In this document: piece after piece, positions 63,691 to 64,000 of the stretch
Layout: each line of letters opens with the position of its first letter
How positions within the stretch are numbered: the stretch's first letter is position 1
NCBI RefSeq assembly: GCF_021028975.2
Contig: NC_059431.1
Location: 70,184,001-70,248,000 of the forward strand
Source: Sphaerodactylus townsendi
Lineage: Eukaryota
Reading direction: 5' to 3'
DNA length: 64,000 nucleotides
Made by a program: the position numbers and the translations under genes
Notes under the pieces: model-generated
Told to the model about the DNA's origin: nothing
The model's database searches: none
Seen by the model: the letters and a program-made list of their open reading frames with translations, nothing else

Positions 63691-64000
63691 TCTTTTGGGA
63701 TAAAAGTGGGGTACAAATGAAGTAAATTAATAATAAATATAGCTGAAAATGGAGCAGCAGCTACAAGGTCAGTTAGATGATTAGTCTGGAGAAAGTAAGG
63801 AACATATAAAGGATACAGAAGCTGCCAGAAGAAGGAATGACGAAATAGTGGGTAAAGAGAAGGAAAAATCAGGTGCCCCCTGCAAGTCTTTGCAGGTCTC
63901 CCCTTTCTTTATCTTAATGTAGGTGTTGGGGGAACACTGTGGGAAAATGGATCTGGCTGAAGGATCGGATTCACAAATTTTCAATCATCGTATCATCCTT

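Overview
Vertebrate, gene-poor and repeat-rich genomic DNA. The repeat content (Squam3-like tRNA SINEs, 5S-derived SINEs, CR1, L2, RTE-X, Dong/R4) points to a squamate reptile, probably a gecko (inference). The only host gene I can support is NTRK2 (TrkB, the BDNF receptor) on the minus strand. Six consecutive coding exons were read by hand, each with AG/GT boundaries and compatible phases: Ig1a 41671-41807, Ig1b 40369-40501, Ig2 39196-39495, a 39-nt juxtamembrane microexon 34542-34580 (least certain), juxtamembrane 25723-25823 and transmembrane 25120-25219. The rest is probably NTRK2 intron, filled with decayed transposable elements: L1, RTE-X, RTE, CR1, L2, Rex1/Babar, Dong/R4, a DIRS-like remnant, a solo LTR, a Helitron, and hAT, Tc2/Tigger and Harbinger MITEs. 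There is a 292-N gap. Almost all ORFs in the supplied track are spurious or TE-derived. The most interesting observations are: (i) palindromic Penelope-like remnants carrying minimal hammerhead-ribozyme cores, one intact in the pre-mRNA sense; (ii) one internal palindromic module carried by non-autonomous transposons of two different superfamilies (hAT and Tc2-like), with nested, chimeric assembly; (iii) a divergent ligand-specificity microexon and a TM helix lacking the mammalian CARC/AxxxG features; (iv) elements resembling known horizontally transferred families. I found no evidence for a novel multi-gene system. TE family names come from motif recognition and recall, not from database searches.
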